A stretch of 64,000 nucleotides of DNA from Candidatus Terraquivivens tengchongensis (GCA_023261845.1 JALNJZ010000003.1:64001-128000); one strand, 5' to 3'; counted from the first letter of the stretch, positions 9,022 through 18,742 are shown. Notes: generated by a model not told the origin, from the sequence alone. Numbers and translations are program-made.

Positions 9022-11772
9022 GTGTTTTTCTTGTCACAAGAAAACGTTTGGCATGCATTGTCCATCAAAGAAGTATTTGAAAAATTAAAAACTAATGCTC
9101 ATGGATTAACGATAGCTGAGGCTGAGAAGAGGCTAAAAGAGTATGGGCCGAATGAGTTCGAAGAAGAAAGAAAAATAACAAAACTAGCTTTGCTAATCCA
9201 TCAGTTAAAGAATCCATTAGTTGGAGTACTTCTTGCAGCCATGTTAATTTCTTTAGTAGTGGGCAAGACAATCGACGCTACGGTTATTGTTATCGTAATA
9301 ACAATTAACACATTAGTCGGCTTCATTCAGGAATATAAGGCCGAAGCTGCCCTTCGTGCTATAAAGTCCTTGGCAGCACCGGAAGCTGAAGTTCTTCGAT
9401 ACTATCCAGAAAAAGGTGTCAGTATCGAAATGCGAGTTAAGGCAAGGGAGATCGTTCCTGGGGATGTGATCCTCTTGGAGGCCGGTGACAAAGTTCCGGC
9501 CGATGCACGCATTTTTGAAGCAATAAACCTAGAAATAGATGAGTCAATACTAACCGGCGAATCCATCCCTGTTAGAAAAACCACTGAACCTTTGGATGCC
9601 GATTTGATCGTTGCCGATAGGCGGAATATGGCTTTCTCAGGAACAATCGTTACGCAGGGTCGGGGAAAGGCCGTTGTCGTAGCAACTGGTATGAAAACTG
9701 AGATGGGCAAAATAGCTTCCATTATCAAAAAAACAGAAAAGGTTGTAACCCCAATTCAAAAACGAACTGCCGATTTAGGTAAAAAACTTGGTTTACTCGC
9801 TATTTTGGCGAGCGCTATAGTGTTGGTAATAAGCCTCCTACGGGGTTTTGAATTTTTTGAGGGTTTTCTGTTTGTTTTAGCAATGGCTGTTTCAGCCATA
9901 CCCGAGGGCCTTCCAATAGTCATTACTATTGCTTTGGCGATTGGGGTGCACAGAATGGCTAAAAGAAACGCCATAATCAGAAACTTGCAAGCGATTGATA
10001 CTTTAGGTTCCGCCACCGTAATCTGCACGGACAAAACGGGCACCCTAACGACTAACCAGATGACCGTCAAAAAAATATTTGTTAATAACAAAATGGTTAC
10101 CGTTGGAGGGGTTGGCTTTACTCCTGAAGGCAACTTTGAATTAAATGGAAAGGTTATAAATGTAAAAGAGGACGATACGCTTGGTCTATTGCTTCAAGTG
10201 GGCGCCCTTTGTAATAACGCAAGGCTTAGAGAACACAAGCTTAATGGTATGAGCAGATGGGAAATTTACGGAGATCCAACCGAAGGTTCTATAATTGTTG
10301 CTGCGGCAAAAGCTGGCCTTTATAAAGACGAATTAGATGAAAAATATCCACGTGTTGACGAAATTCCATTTGACCCGGAAAAAAGGTACATGGTCACATT
10401 TCATAAGACTGCAGAAGAAACTTTACTAGTTTGCATGAAAGGAGCACCAGAAACAGTTTTGGAACTTTGTCCAAGTTTTCTAGAGGAAGGTCAAATAAAG
10501 AATTTAACCAAGGAAAAAAGGGAGCAAATTCTCAAAGTTAACACTGAAATGGCTAAAGAGGCTTTAAGGGTTCTGGCGGTAGCATACCAAATAATAAAGG
10601 AGGATAACCTAGAGGCTTTTAAAGAAAGCATCATGCATAAACACGCCAAGTTGGTTTTTATTGGCCTCTTGGGCATGATTGACCCTCCGAGACCTGAGGC
10701 AAAAAAAGCAGTGGAACTTTGTAAAAAAGCTGGAATAAAAGTTATCATGGCAACAGGAGATCATAAGCTCACTGCAGAAGCCATCGCGAAAGAAATCGGA
10801 ATTCTAGAGTCAGATTCTGGAGTTTTAACTGGAGCGGAGATGGACCATATGAGCGACGAGGAATTGGATAAAGTAATAGAAAAAACTTCGGTTTTTGCCC
10901 GCGTGTCTCCTGTTCATAAGTACAGAATAGTCGAATCTCTTAGGCGTAAGGGTCACATAGTAGCCATGACGGGCGATGGTGTAAACGATGCTCCAGCTCT
11001 AAAGACAGCAGAAATAGGAATCGCCATGGGTATTGCTGGCACCGATCTCGCAAAAGAAACCGCTGATATGGTGTTGGTGGACGATAATTTCGCGAGTATT
11101 GTAAACGCTGTTGAAGAAGGACGAGTCGTTTTTGAGAACATTCGTAGGGTTGTAAAATACTTGATTTCTACAAATATGGGTGAAATAATCACGATAATTG
11201 GTGCTTTACTCTTCTTACCGGACGCTCCATTAATTTTTACTCCGGTTCAAATATTATGGGTAAACTTGGTAACCGACGGATTACATGACAAATTTCTGGC
11301 AATGGAACCTAAGGAAAGAGACGTTATGGCACGACCACCGAGAAAACCAACTGAAAGAATAATTAACCGTGATGTTGTCCTAAACATAATGTATGTGGGC
11401 TTATTTATGGCCGTTGGAACTCTATGGGTTTTCAACAATGCATGGATTAACGGGGATCTGCAGAAAGCACGAACAATGGGCTTCACAACTATGGCAATGT
11501 TTCAAGTTTTCAACGCAATGAATTGTAGATCAGCAACAACATCTATATTTAAGATTGGCTTTACAACAAACAAGTATTTGTTAATGGGCACGATGACGTC
11601 TGTTACGCTACAAATACTGGCGACTCTCTTATATCCGCTGCAAATTGCTTTAGGCACAGTTCCCCTATCGCCTTGGGAATGGATAACAATCTTCCTCGTC
11701 TCCAGTTCAGTATTCTTTGTAGAGGAACTAAGAAAATTTGTTATGAATAAAATAAGGCGAAGACGATTATAA
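9022..11772 (+). CDS. P-type (P2A, Ca2+-type) cation-transporting ATPase
   Basis: TGES, IPEGLP, DKTGTLT, KGAPE, DPPR, TGD, GDGVNDAPAL and NLVTDG. The start may be TTG 9031 after SD GAGGTG. Confidence 0.95.
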   Translation: MFFLSQENVWHALSIKEVFEKLKTNAHGLTIAEAEKRLKEYGPNEFEEERKITKLALLIHQLKNPLVGVLLAAMLISLVVGKTIDATVIVIVITINTLVGFIQEYKAEAALRAIKSLAAPEAEVLRYYPEKGVSIEMRVKAREIVPGDVILLEAGDKVPADARIFEAINLEIDESILTGESIPVRKTTEPLDADLIVADRRNMAFSGTIVTQGRGKAVVVATGMKTEMGKIASIIKKTEKVVTPIQKRTADLGKKLGLLAILASAIVLVISLLRGFEFFEGFLFVLAMAVSAIPEGLPIVITIALAIGVHRMAKRNAIIRNLQAIDTLGSATVICTDKTGTLTTNQMTVKKIFVNNKMVTVGGVGFTPEGNFELNGKVINVKEDDTLGLLLQVGALCNNARLREHKLNGMSRWEIYGDPTEGSIIVAAAKAGLYKDELDEKYPRVDEIPFDPEKRYMVTFHKTAEETLLVCMKGAPETVLELCPSFLEEGQIKNLTKEKREQILKVNTEMAKEALRVLAVAYQIIKEDNLEAFKESIMHKHAKLVFIGLLGMIDPPRPEAKKAVELCKKAGIKVIMATGDHKLTAEAIAKEIGILESDSGVLTGAEMDHMSDEELDKVIEKTSVFARVSPVHKYRIVESLRRKGHIVAMTGDGVNDAPALKTAEIGIAMGIAGTDLAKETADMVLVDDNFASIVNAVEEGRVVFENIRRVVKYLISTNMGEIITIIGALLFLPDAPLIFTPVQILWVNLVTDGLHDKFLAMEPKERDVMARPPRKPTERIINRDVVLNIMYVGLFMAVGTLWVFNNAWINGDLQKARTMGFTTMAMFQVFNAMNCRSATTSIFKIGFTTNKYLLMGTMTSVTLQILATLLYPLQIALGTVPLSPWEWITIFLVSSSVFFVEELRKFVMNKIRRRRL

Positions 11773-11880
11773 AACCAAGATACAAAATCGAAAATGGATG
11801 TTACATCAAACTATCAGCGGATACGAATTACCTGAATGCACGTCAATTAGGAAAGTTTTCATATAATGTAGAAAATTAAG

Positions 11881-11972
11881 TGGACCGGCGGGGATTCGAA
11901 CCCCGGACCTCGCGCAGTCTAGCCAAAAGCCGAGGTCGCCAGGCGCGCGATCTTCCGCTGATCTACCGGCCC
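11881..11972 (-). tRNA. trnA-GGC: tRNA-Ala(GGC) with 20-nt canonical 37/38 BHB intron (11917-11936)
   Basis: Acceptor GGGCCGG/CCGGTCC with G3·U70; anticodon stem CGCGC/GCGCG; loop CT-GGC-G; central BHB helix CTGG/CTAG; T-loop TTCGAAT; TTTAAA box about 30 nt upstream. Confidence 0.93.
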
Positions 11973-12013
11973 CGGTTTTAGATAGATTCGTTAGCAGCGT
12001 TTAAAGCTTTTCT

Positions 12014-12190
12014 TTAAGTTTTCATTTTTAATGGCTTTAACCACCTGTAAGATCTCAGCTTCTTTGAAGCACCAAAGCCGCACGCAGCGCACCGTTTCTT
12101 AGAAACATGGAATGACCTGCGCCCGCATCTCCTGCAACGTATGTGCACCGGCTTATTTCGCTTTCCTAAGGAGGGTGTACCCTTCACCAT
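12014..12190 (-). CDS. rpl37e: 50S ribosomal protein L37e
   Basis: Manual translation [40 protein letters not shown]…(58 aa); follows the Sm gene as in many archaea. Not in the ORF track. Confidence 0.96.
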   Translation of the reverse strand: MVKGTPSLGKRNKPVHIRCRRCGRRSFHVSKKRCAACGFGASKKLRSYRWLKPLKMKT

Positions 12191-12236
12191 ACATGCTCAA
12201 CCAGACCGTCAAAATCCTTCTAATAAGCTTATCATG

Positions 12237-12470
12237 CTACTCCTTGGGGCTGGTGCTTATCATTATTATGTTATCCCCTCTTACAACTATAGTCCCGATC
12301 TGATTACTGTTGTTCTGATCTATGACTTCCTCGGCATTTTCTAGGACTAGGTTTAGATGCTGATCATAACCCTGAAGGAGACCTCTGATCAGCTTACCAT
12401 TCCTGAGCTTTACGAGAACTTTTTCACCCAGGCTTTTGGAAAGAACCTTTAGCGATATGTCACCGGACAT
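12237..12470 (-). CDS. Sm-like archaeal protein (SmAP/LSm)
   Basis: Sm1 (GLLQGYDQHLNLVL) and Sm2 (VVRGDNI) motifs. Confidence 0.95.
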   Translation of the reverse strand: MSGDISLKVLSKSLGEKVLVKLRNGKLIRGLLQGYDQHLNLVLENAEEVIDQNNSNQIGTIVVRGDNIIMISTSPKE

Positions 12471-12546
12471 GTCTCACGCAACCTCTTGCCTCTGCCCCTC
12501 TGGTATTTCTTTTAATAATTAAATCTATCGTTCAAACAACGATTAT

Positions 12547-14448
12547 TTATCCAAAAAGCGATATGGTTTCAAGGTTCTTTGGCATGTATATGTTTGCCGT
12601 AACGATCTTCGAAGCAGACTCTGCTAGGCTCTCAATAGCCTTGGCCTCACCATGTAATAAGATTACGTTCTTCGGCTTCGGTGTGAACTTCTTCAGATAG
12701 TTCAATAGTTGTTGTCTACTGGAGTGTCCCGAGAATCCATCTACTTTTTCTATACGCAACTTAATGTTTAAGACTTCGGTCTTACCCTTCTCGTCTATAA
12801 ACGACACTTCTCTTATGCCTTTAAGCAACTTTCTGCCCAGTGTTCCCTCTACTTGGTAGCTGACGAATATCAACATGTTCTTTTCATCGTTTGCAAACTC
12901 CTTCAAATAATTCAGTACCGGTCCGCCTTCTAACATTCCTGACGTGGAAATCACGATGGCAGGTCCTTTAGCATTTAGTGCCTCATCTCTTTGCGAATGA
13001 CTCCTTACTGGCGTGAAGTAGTCTGACATGAACACATTCCCTTGAGATTCTATAACGTTCTGCAATTCTTGGGAAACGTATTCGGGAAAGGCTGTATATA
13101 TTGCGGTTGCCTCTATGACGAGACCGTCTAAGTAAATGGGCACCTCTGGTATGTTCTTTGAATTTAGAAGGTCGTTGAGGACGAGCATTATCTCTTGAGC
13201 CCTACCGACAGCTGGTACGGGTATGAGCACCTTCCCGCCCGACTCTACCGTCTGCTTTATGTAATCGGCTAGCAATGCCTCGCTTTCTTCTCTGGTAAAC
13301 GGTATTGGTGTCGCACCATAAGTGCTCTCCATCATCAGAGTCTCTGCCCTTAAGAATTTGTGCGCACATGCATCCAGCGTCCTAGTCTTCTCAAACTTGA
13401 AGTCGCTAGTGTAAACGACGTTGTATAACCCCTCACCTATGTGTATATGAACGACTGAAGAGCCAAGGATGTGTCCTGCGTTGTACATAGTTACCCTTAT
13501 GTCAGGCGTTATGCTTGTAACGCTACCATACTTAAGGGTTATAGTATGCTGTACTGCAGTTTTTACGTCATTCTCATTATATAATGGAAATATCCCCTCT
13601 TTTTCTGCGACATTAATGAAGTCTAGCTGTTCCATCGTCATAAGGGGTAACGTCGGCTCAGTACAGTAAACAGGCCCCCTGTAACCGTACTTAAACAGAT
13701 ATGGTATGGCGCCGGTGTGGTCGAGATGCGCATGCGTTGCTATCACCGCATCGAGCTCATCAAAGATTGAAGGATAAGCATCAAACCTGGGTAGCATATC
13801 GAGCTTGCTCGTAGCGCCGACGGCAATACCGCAATCTAGCAATATCTTGCTTTCATTGGTCTGGAGCAATATGGCGGACCTACCAACTTGCCTTCCGGAG
13901 CCAAGTACGCTGAGTATTACATCACTCGTTTCGAAAGTTTTTGACCCGAATACTCTTTCACCTATCGCCCGTAATATGCTGAGCCTTTTATCCGAATCTT
14001 TGTAAAGGTATTGGTTAATCTTCTCGATAGTCTTTGAGGGCATTAGCATTTTCTTTACTAACTTTACATGCCATCCTGTAGCCTTGCAAACATTCTTGAT
14101 AACCTCCCCGTTTTTGTTGGCGTTGAAATCCTTAACCTCAACTATAGCCTCACCCAACGTCTCATCAAAGAACACAGTGACATCTTCGCCGAACGTTGAC
14201 TTGAGCACGCTTTCCGCCTCTTCTTGGGGTAACCTTATCGCTGGGTCGGACCTTATGACCACGCGTTTCTTAAGTATGTTCACGAGGTCTTTTGCGATCT
14301 GATCCCTTTCCACGAACAACTCAGGATTCTTAGTATATATAGCGAGCCTTGTACCTTCGTACTCGATTCTTGTAATAGCAGCCTCTCTAGGGCTAACTAC
14401 AGAGAAGTACCTTAATATCTCAGCTCTGAGCCTATCCGCTGCACTCAA
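12547..14448 (-). CDS. fttA: KH + beta-CASP ribonuclease aCPSF1 / transcription termination factor FttA
   Basis: N-terminal KH domains, QVGRS, HAHLDH, AGHILGS, MESTYG, VGRAQE and GFSGHS; adjacent to psmB. Confidence 0.95.
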   Translation of the reverse strand: MSAADRLRAEILRYFSVVSPREAAITRIEYEGTRLAIYTKNPELFVERDQIAKDLVNILKKRVVIRSDPAIRLPQEEAESVLKSTFGEDVTVFFDETLGEAIVEVKDFNANKNGEVIKNVCKATGWHVKLVKKMLMPSKTIEKINQYLYKDSDKRLSILRAIGERVFGSKTFETSDVILSVLGSGRQVGRSAILLQTNESKILLDCGIAVGATSKLDMLPRFDAYPSIFDELDAVIATHAHLDHTGAIPYLFKYGYRGPVYCTEPTLPLMTMEQLDFINVAEKEGIFPLYNENDVKTAVQHTITLKYGSVTSITPDIRVTMYNAGHILGSSVVHIHIGEGLYNVVYTSDFKFEKTRTLDACAHKFLRAETLMMESTYGATPIPFTREESEALLADYIKQTVESGGKVLIPVPAVGRAQEIMLVLNDLLNSKNIPEVPIYLDGLVIEATAIYTAFPEYVSQELQNVIESQGNVFMSDYFTPVRSHSQRDEALNAKGPAIVISTSGMLEGGPVLNYLKEFANDEKNMLIFVSYQVEGTLGRKLLKGIREVSFIDEKGKTEVLNIKLRIEKVDGFSGHSSRQQLLNYLKKFTPKPKNVILLHGEAKAIESLAESASKIVTANIYMPKNLETISLFG

Positions 14449-14469
14449 CCTATTACACCCTGAGCTATC

Positions 14470-15150
14470 CTACTTAACGCTAATCTTCAGAAACTCCTCA
14501 TAAAGCGGCATCTTCTCATCTAACGTTAACTCAGTATATGGCTTGGTAGTGGTAATGTATGCAACGTCAATGCTATCTCCCGTACCTACATCTCTTCTGA
14601 TGGCCGACGCGACGCTCTTAAAGGCTAGCCTAATCCCATCCTCAAGCTTTAGGTCTGGACTGTAGCTTGACTCGATTATTCCATATGCAACAGGTGAGCC
14701 CGAACCTGTTGCGATCATTAACTCCTCGGTCATAGAGCCCATCGGGTCTAGGTTATACAGATGCGGCCCTTGACTATCCACACCGCCTATTATTAACTGC
14801 GCTATTAACGGAAAGTATCTATAGCTGAAGAGCATGTTCGAGGCAAGCCTAGCTACAGACGCGACATCCATACGCCTCGCCCATTGGATTTGATAGTAGT
14901 TAATGTTAGCGCGGAGTACGTCTATAATGTTCTGCGCATCGGCAACTCTACCCGCGATCGTTATCGCCACATGATCGGCTAGCGGAAAGAGCTTCTTTCC
15001 TTTTTTATGGGCTATGAAATATCCTGCCGTAACCCTGGTGTCCGTAGCAAACACCACGGCATCCTTTACAACTAGACCTACCGTCGTGGTCCCCGTCTTT
15101 AAGAGTTTGCTCCCATTTACCTCATGCCTAAACATCGTCTTTGACACCAA
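14470..15150 (-). CDS. psmB: Proteasome subunit beta
   Basis: Propeptide followed by G-TTTVG, DTRVT, GSGS and RDVGTG. Confidence 0.95.
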   Translation of the reverse strand: MVSKTMFRHEVNGSKLLKTGTTTVGLVVKDAVVFATDTRVTAGYFIAHKKGKKLFPLADHVAITIAGRVADAQNIIDVLRANINYYQIQWARRMDVASVARLASNMLFSYRYFPLIAQLIIGGVDSQGPHLYNLDPMGSMTEELMIATGSGSPVAYGIIESSYSPDLKLEDGIRLAFKSVASAIRRDVGTGDSIDVAYITTTKPYTELTLDEKMPLYEEFLKISVK

Positions 15151-15271
15151 CTAATGCTCCAATAACTTATTCACGGCTTTGTGCAGAAGCCATAAAGTTC
15201 ATAATTCTGCCAAAATAAAAATGTTTGCACGTTAACACTTTAATAAAAGCCATTAAGCAAAAAGTTGAGAA

Positions 15272-16036
15272 ATGTCCTCGGAAGATTTAGAAACTCCTAA
15301 GGAAAAAGGAAGCACCGGCGAGAAGCAGGCATCGGAGGCCCCTAAACCTGTTCTATCTTCAGGTAGCTTCCTCTTAGTAGACTACATGATAAGAATCAAA
15401 GAAACCGGTGAACTTGTTGACACAACCTCGGAGAAGGAAGCGAGAGAGGCAGGTATCTATGATGCTTCAAAGCTTTACGAACCCAGGTTGGCGATAATCG
15501 GTAAGGGCATGTTACTCAAAGCAATCGAGGACGAATTAGTCACAATGTCTGTTGGCGAGTCAAAGACGTTTGAAATCTCACCAGAAAAGGCCTTTGGCCA
15601 GAGGGACCCAACAAAGGTTAAGGTTTACCCTATCAGGAAGTTCAAAGACGTCGAGGCACCGCTGGTCGTAGGTGCTAGGGTTAACATCAATGGAAAAGAG
15701 GGCATAATACGTTCTATAGGTTCTGGAAGAGTCCAGGTGGATTTCAATCCGTATCTTGCTGGCAAGACACTCGTCTGTAACGTTACCATAAAGAAGATCA
15801 TAACTGACGACAAGGAAAAGGTCCAGCAGATATTGCATAACAGGCTACCGGATGTAGATATTCAAAAATTTACTATTGAGCTTGCACCTCCGGAGGTGGT
15901 CATTACCCTGCCAGAGGAAGCATATCTTCTGCCAAACCTGCAGATAGCCAAGAGACTCATAGCTAAAGAAATTCAGGAGAACATCCAAGGTATAGAAAGG
16001 GTAAAGGTTATCGAGCTTTACACGAAGCAGACATAA
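15272..16036 (+). CDS. Long FKBP-type peptidyl-prolyl isomerase (SlyD-like)
   Basis: VDY…DTT, PEKAFGQRD and DFNPYLAGKTL, plus the archaeal C-terminal domain. Confidence 0.9.
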   Translation: MSSEDLETPKEKGSTGEKQASEAPKPVLSSGSFLLVDYMIRIKETGELVDTTSEKEAREAGIYDASKLYEPRLAIIGKGMLLKAIEDELVTMSVGESKTFEISPEKAFGQRDPTKVKVYPIRKFKDVEAPLVVGARVNINGKEGIIRSIGSGRVQVDFNPYLAGKTLVCNVTIKKIITDDKEKVQQILHNRLPDVDIQKFTIELAPPEVVITLPEEAYLLPNLQIAKRLIAKEIQENIQGIERVKVIELYTKQT

Positions 16037-16086
16037 TACTGTAAGTTAAATCTTATAATTCGTTACTGAGTTACTGTAGTGTGCTG

Positions 16087-16170
16087 GCCGGGGTACCCGA
16101 GCCTGGTCAAGGGGGTGGGCTCAAGACCCACTGGCGTAGGCCATCCTGGGTTCGAATCCCAGCCCCGGCA
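16087..16170 (+). tRNA. trnL-CAA: tRNA-Leu(CAA)
   Basis: Acceptor GCCGGGG/CCCCGGC-A; anticodon arm GTGGG-CTCAAGA-CCCAC; long variable arm; GGTTCGAATCC. Confidence 0.96.
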
Positions 16171-16297
16171 CTCTTATGTCTTTCATTAACAGTCAGAAGT
16201 CAACGCACTGTGGTGCGGATACATCAAAAAGGATAGCAGTAGGCATATGTGCGACAATCGAGAAGAAACCATGATTCACTGCACAAAACAGTATGAT

Positions 16298-16319
16298 TAT
16301 ATTTAAATATAGCTATATT
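16298..16319. promoter_or_regulatory. Overlapping palindromes TATATTTAAATATA and AATATAGCTATATT at the acr3 promoter
   Basis: Two perfect 14-bp palindromes covering the TTTAAATA box upstream of acr3. Confidence 0.45.
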
Positions 16320-16355
16320 CGCCTCTCTTGTTAAAATTACGAACACAAAGCTAGT

Positions 16356-17438
16356 TTGGTGAGGAATAATATGACTGGACAAAAAGCCGGCCTACCGATC
16401 TTGAGCAAGTTTCTAACGCTTTGGATCTTCTTGGCAATGATAATCGGCATAGGCTTGGGCTATGTCTTCCCAGATATTGCTGATGTGCTGGGTCAGCTAA
16501 GCATAGGCACGACCTCCATCCCTATAGCGATAGGTCTAATCTGGATGATGTACCCGCCTCTTGCCAAGGTAAGGTATGAGGAACTTAGGAAGATAGTCAC
16601 AGCCAAGGGTTCGAAGACTATGCTTACAGAGTCGCTTATACTCAACTATCTGGTAGGCCCGTTTCTTATGTTCGTCCTTGCATGGATATTCCTCGCAGAT
16701 TACCCTGAATTCAGAAACGGCGTAATCCTAGTAGGCTTAGCAAGATGTATAGCGATGGTTATCGTCTGGAACGACCTTGCTGATGGTGACAGGGAGTGGG
16801 CTGCCATACTCGTCGCCCTGAACTCGGTCTTCCAGATTTCGTTCTATTCCGTATATGCCTACTTCTACATTACCTTCGTAAGTTCTTGGATTGCCGGTAC
16901 CGGCACGGTAGTTGATATATCCTTTATAGAGGTTGCCACATCGGTCCTCATATACCTCGGCATACCGTTCTTTGGCGGAATGATTACGCGCTTTTATTTC
17001 CTTAAAAAGAAGGGAAGGGAATGGTACGATAGAGTTCTCATACCGAAACTCGAGCCAACATCCCTCTTTGCCCTGCTGTTCACCATAGTTGTGATGTTCT
17101 CCTTAAAAGGCGAATACATAATCACGCTTCCGATGGATGTCGTAAGGGTAGCAATGCCGTTGCTTTCTTACTTCGTTATAATGTTCCTCGTATCCTTTCT
17201 GGTTGGCTACAAATCTGGTCTTGATTACAGCAGGGTCACTTCACTGGCTTTTACGGCCGCAAGCAACAACTTTGAGCTCGCGATAGCCGTGGCTGTGTCC
17301 GTTTTTGGCTTAGCCTCAAAGGAAGCCTTTGCTACAGTGATCGGCCCCTTAATAGAGGTTCCAGTGATGATCTCTTTGGTAAACGTGGCACTCTGGTTTA
17401 GAAAGCGCCTTTACGAAAAAATAAAAGCAGTCGTATAA
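16356..17438 (+). CDS. acr3: Arsenite efflux transporter Acr3
   Basis: [30 protein letters not shown] and GPLIEVPVM. Confidence 0.96.
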   Translation: MVRNNMTGQKAGLPILSKFLTLWIFLAMIIGIGLGYVFPDIADVLGQLSIGTTSIPIAIGLIWMMYPPLAKVRYEELRKIVTAKGSKTMLTESLILNYLVGPFLMFVLAWIFLADYPEFRNGVILVGLARCIAMVIVWNDLADGDREWAAILVALNSVFQISFYSVYAYFYITFVSSWIAGTGTVVDISFIEVATSVLIYLGIPFFGGMITRFYFLKKKGREWYDRVLIPKLEPTSLFALLFTIVVMFSLKGEYIITLPMDVVRVAMPLLSYFVIMFLVSFLVGYKSGLDYSRVTSLAFTAASNNFELAIAVAVSVFGLASKEAFATVIGPLIEVPVMISLVNVALWFRKRLYEKIKAVV

Positions 17439-17660
17439 ATCCACAAAATTCAAAAACTTGTTTGGTAAGGAGTGCTAAATGTAACATAGCGTTTCGCCGT
17501 GCGCTCTGGCTAATTTGGAATCCAGATTGAAGTTTAGGATTTTCTTGAAGGTTAGCTTTGTACAAATTTCCAAAAGCTTCCCCATCATTAGAATTGTAAA
17601 GTGACGTTTTTACTATTTTAGAGTGAAATGTATAAATCAGTGTAAGTATTGTGTTAATTT

Positions 17661-17867
17661 GCGTCGTCCGGAAAAGGAGAGGCTGGCGCTAAGCAACACC
17701 TGGGGGAAGCCTCAGGTGTTGTATGCGTCGACCCATGCCCAGCGCTCCGGGGCTGCTTTGGCAGTACCTCCAAGCTGGGTATGGGTGGGAGGTGCCCGTA
17801 GGGCATCAGGGGTTAATCCATGGAGGGTGCCCTAGCAGGGAGGCCCGCCATCTCCGAAAGACGACGC
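17661..17867 (+). ncRNA. Unassigned structured RNA (~207 nt)
   Basis: GC-rich island in AT-rich flanks; terminal stem GCGTCGTC/GACGACGC; long hairpins with several G·U pairs only on the + strand; TATAAA at 17631-17636. Confidence 0.7.
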
Positions 17868-17889
17868 AATTATAATTAATTCTTGTCAT

Positions 17890-18561
17890 TTAGGCCTTTT
17901 CATATGAACCGCATGATGCGTTCTTAAGTCTCATCATTTGCTTAACAAACTCGTAATATTCCTGCGGCGACAACTCGCTAACCATTACTTCGTCAACGTT
18001 TATCACGTAGATCATGTAAAGCCTTGCGTTAAGTATCTCTTCAAGACTAACGGGCGGTTTCGTGTAGTAGAGGTCGCAGATTCTTTTAATGTAAAGTATC
18101 TCTTCCTTAGTCCTGTCCCTTGGTGGTTTTAAGAATACATGTGGCACTTGGACGATGTTATGTGGCGGCGTTCCGATGCCGAACTTTTTTGCAAAAGCGC
18201 TGTACCTAGCTATTTTGCTGGCAACCCTGGCTAAGAGATAGGTATTGGGGTCGAGTGCATGCTCAGGAGGCACGAAACCTGTCTCTATCTCGATTATGAT
18301 GTTACCATCACCTTTTACTCCATATATATCGCATGTGAGTATCTCGTTAAGCTTATGCTCAGCGTCCACCTCATATCCCTTAACGATTAGGTCGGCAGCG
18401 CAGACGACCTCCATCACGGAATGGTTTATCTTAACCATGTTGGCTTCGTATAACTTACACAATTTTTTATACACGTCGTCAAGTTTGTTTACAACTTCTT
18501 TGCCGTACTTATCGCCTATTTGCGCGATGACTTTCAAGACGTCTTCTTCGAATTTATTCAT
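17890..18561 (-). CDS. Conserved hypothetical protein with PD-(D/E)xK-like motif
   Basis: H…E…GYEVDAEH…CDIYG…IIIEIETG motif. The ORF track starts at 18708, but ATG 18561 lies about 23 nt behind an AAAAGTTTATC promoter-like element and is the more likely start. Confidence 0.65.
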   Translation of the reverse strand: MNKFEEDVLKVIAQIGDKYGKEVVNKLDDVYKKLCKLYEANMVKINHSVMEVVCAADLIVKGYEVDAEHKLNEILTCDIYGVKGDGNIIIEIETGFVPPEHALDPNTYLLARVASKIARYSAFAKKFGIGTPPHNIVQVPHVFLKPPRDRTKEEILYIKRICDLYYTKPPVSLEEILNARLYMIYVINVDEVMVSELSPQEYYEFVKQMMRLKNASCGSYEKA

Positions 18562-18742
18562 CAAAGCTGTCAAAATGCTTGATAAAGATAAACTTTTGAT
18601 AAACTCCAGAAGCCACCGCAAATAACGAATGAACTGGTTTTTAAGCTCTGGCCATAATTGTAGAGCTGCTCTATGGATTAATACCGTCTTACTACTCGTG
18701 TTAAACACTTAAAACGTGATTGATGATATTACATAACCAGAG

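Noticed and set aside
7290-17660. att-type direct repeats of the tRNA-Ala or tRNA-Leu 3' ends, or an integrase
   Set aside because: No repeated tRNA fragment or recombinase ORF was found by eye, so no mobile element is called.
17623-17835. 70-aa ORF over the structured RNA
   Set aside because: It starts upstream of the TATA box, has no recognisable motifs, and is explained by GC-rich sequence with few stop codons.
17798-17855. Minus-strand resemblance to a fluoride riboswitch (GGAGATGG…CTCC…CTGATGCCCTAC)
   Set aside because: The pseudoknot strands match poorly, no gene lies downstream on that strand, and G·U asymmetry and the TATA box favour a + strand RNA.
17661-17867. Identity as RNase P RNA (short type T size) or SRP RNA
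   Set aside because: No GAGGAAaguCC or ACAnAAnnnGGCU elements, no SRP helix-8 GNRA motif, and too short for archaeal SRP RNA.
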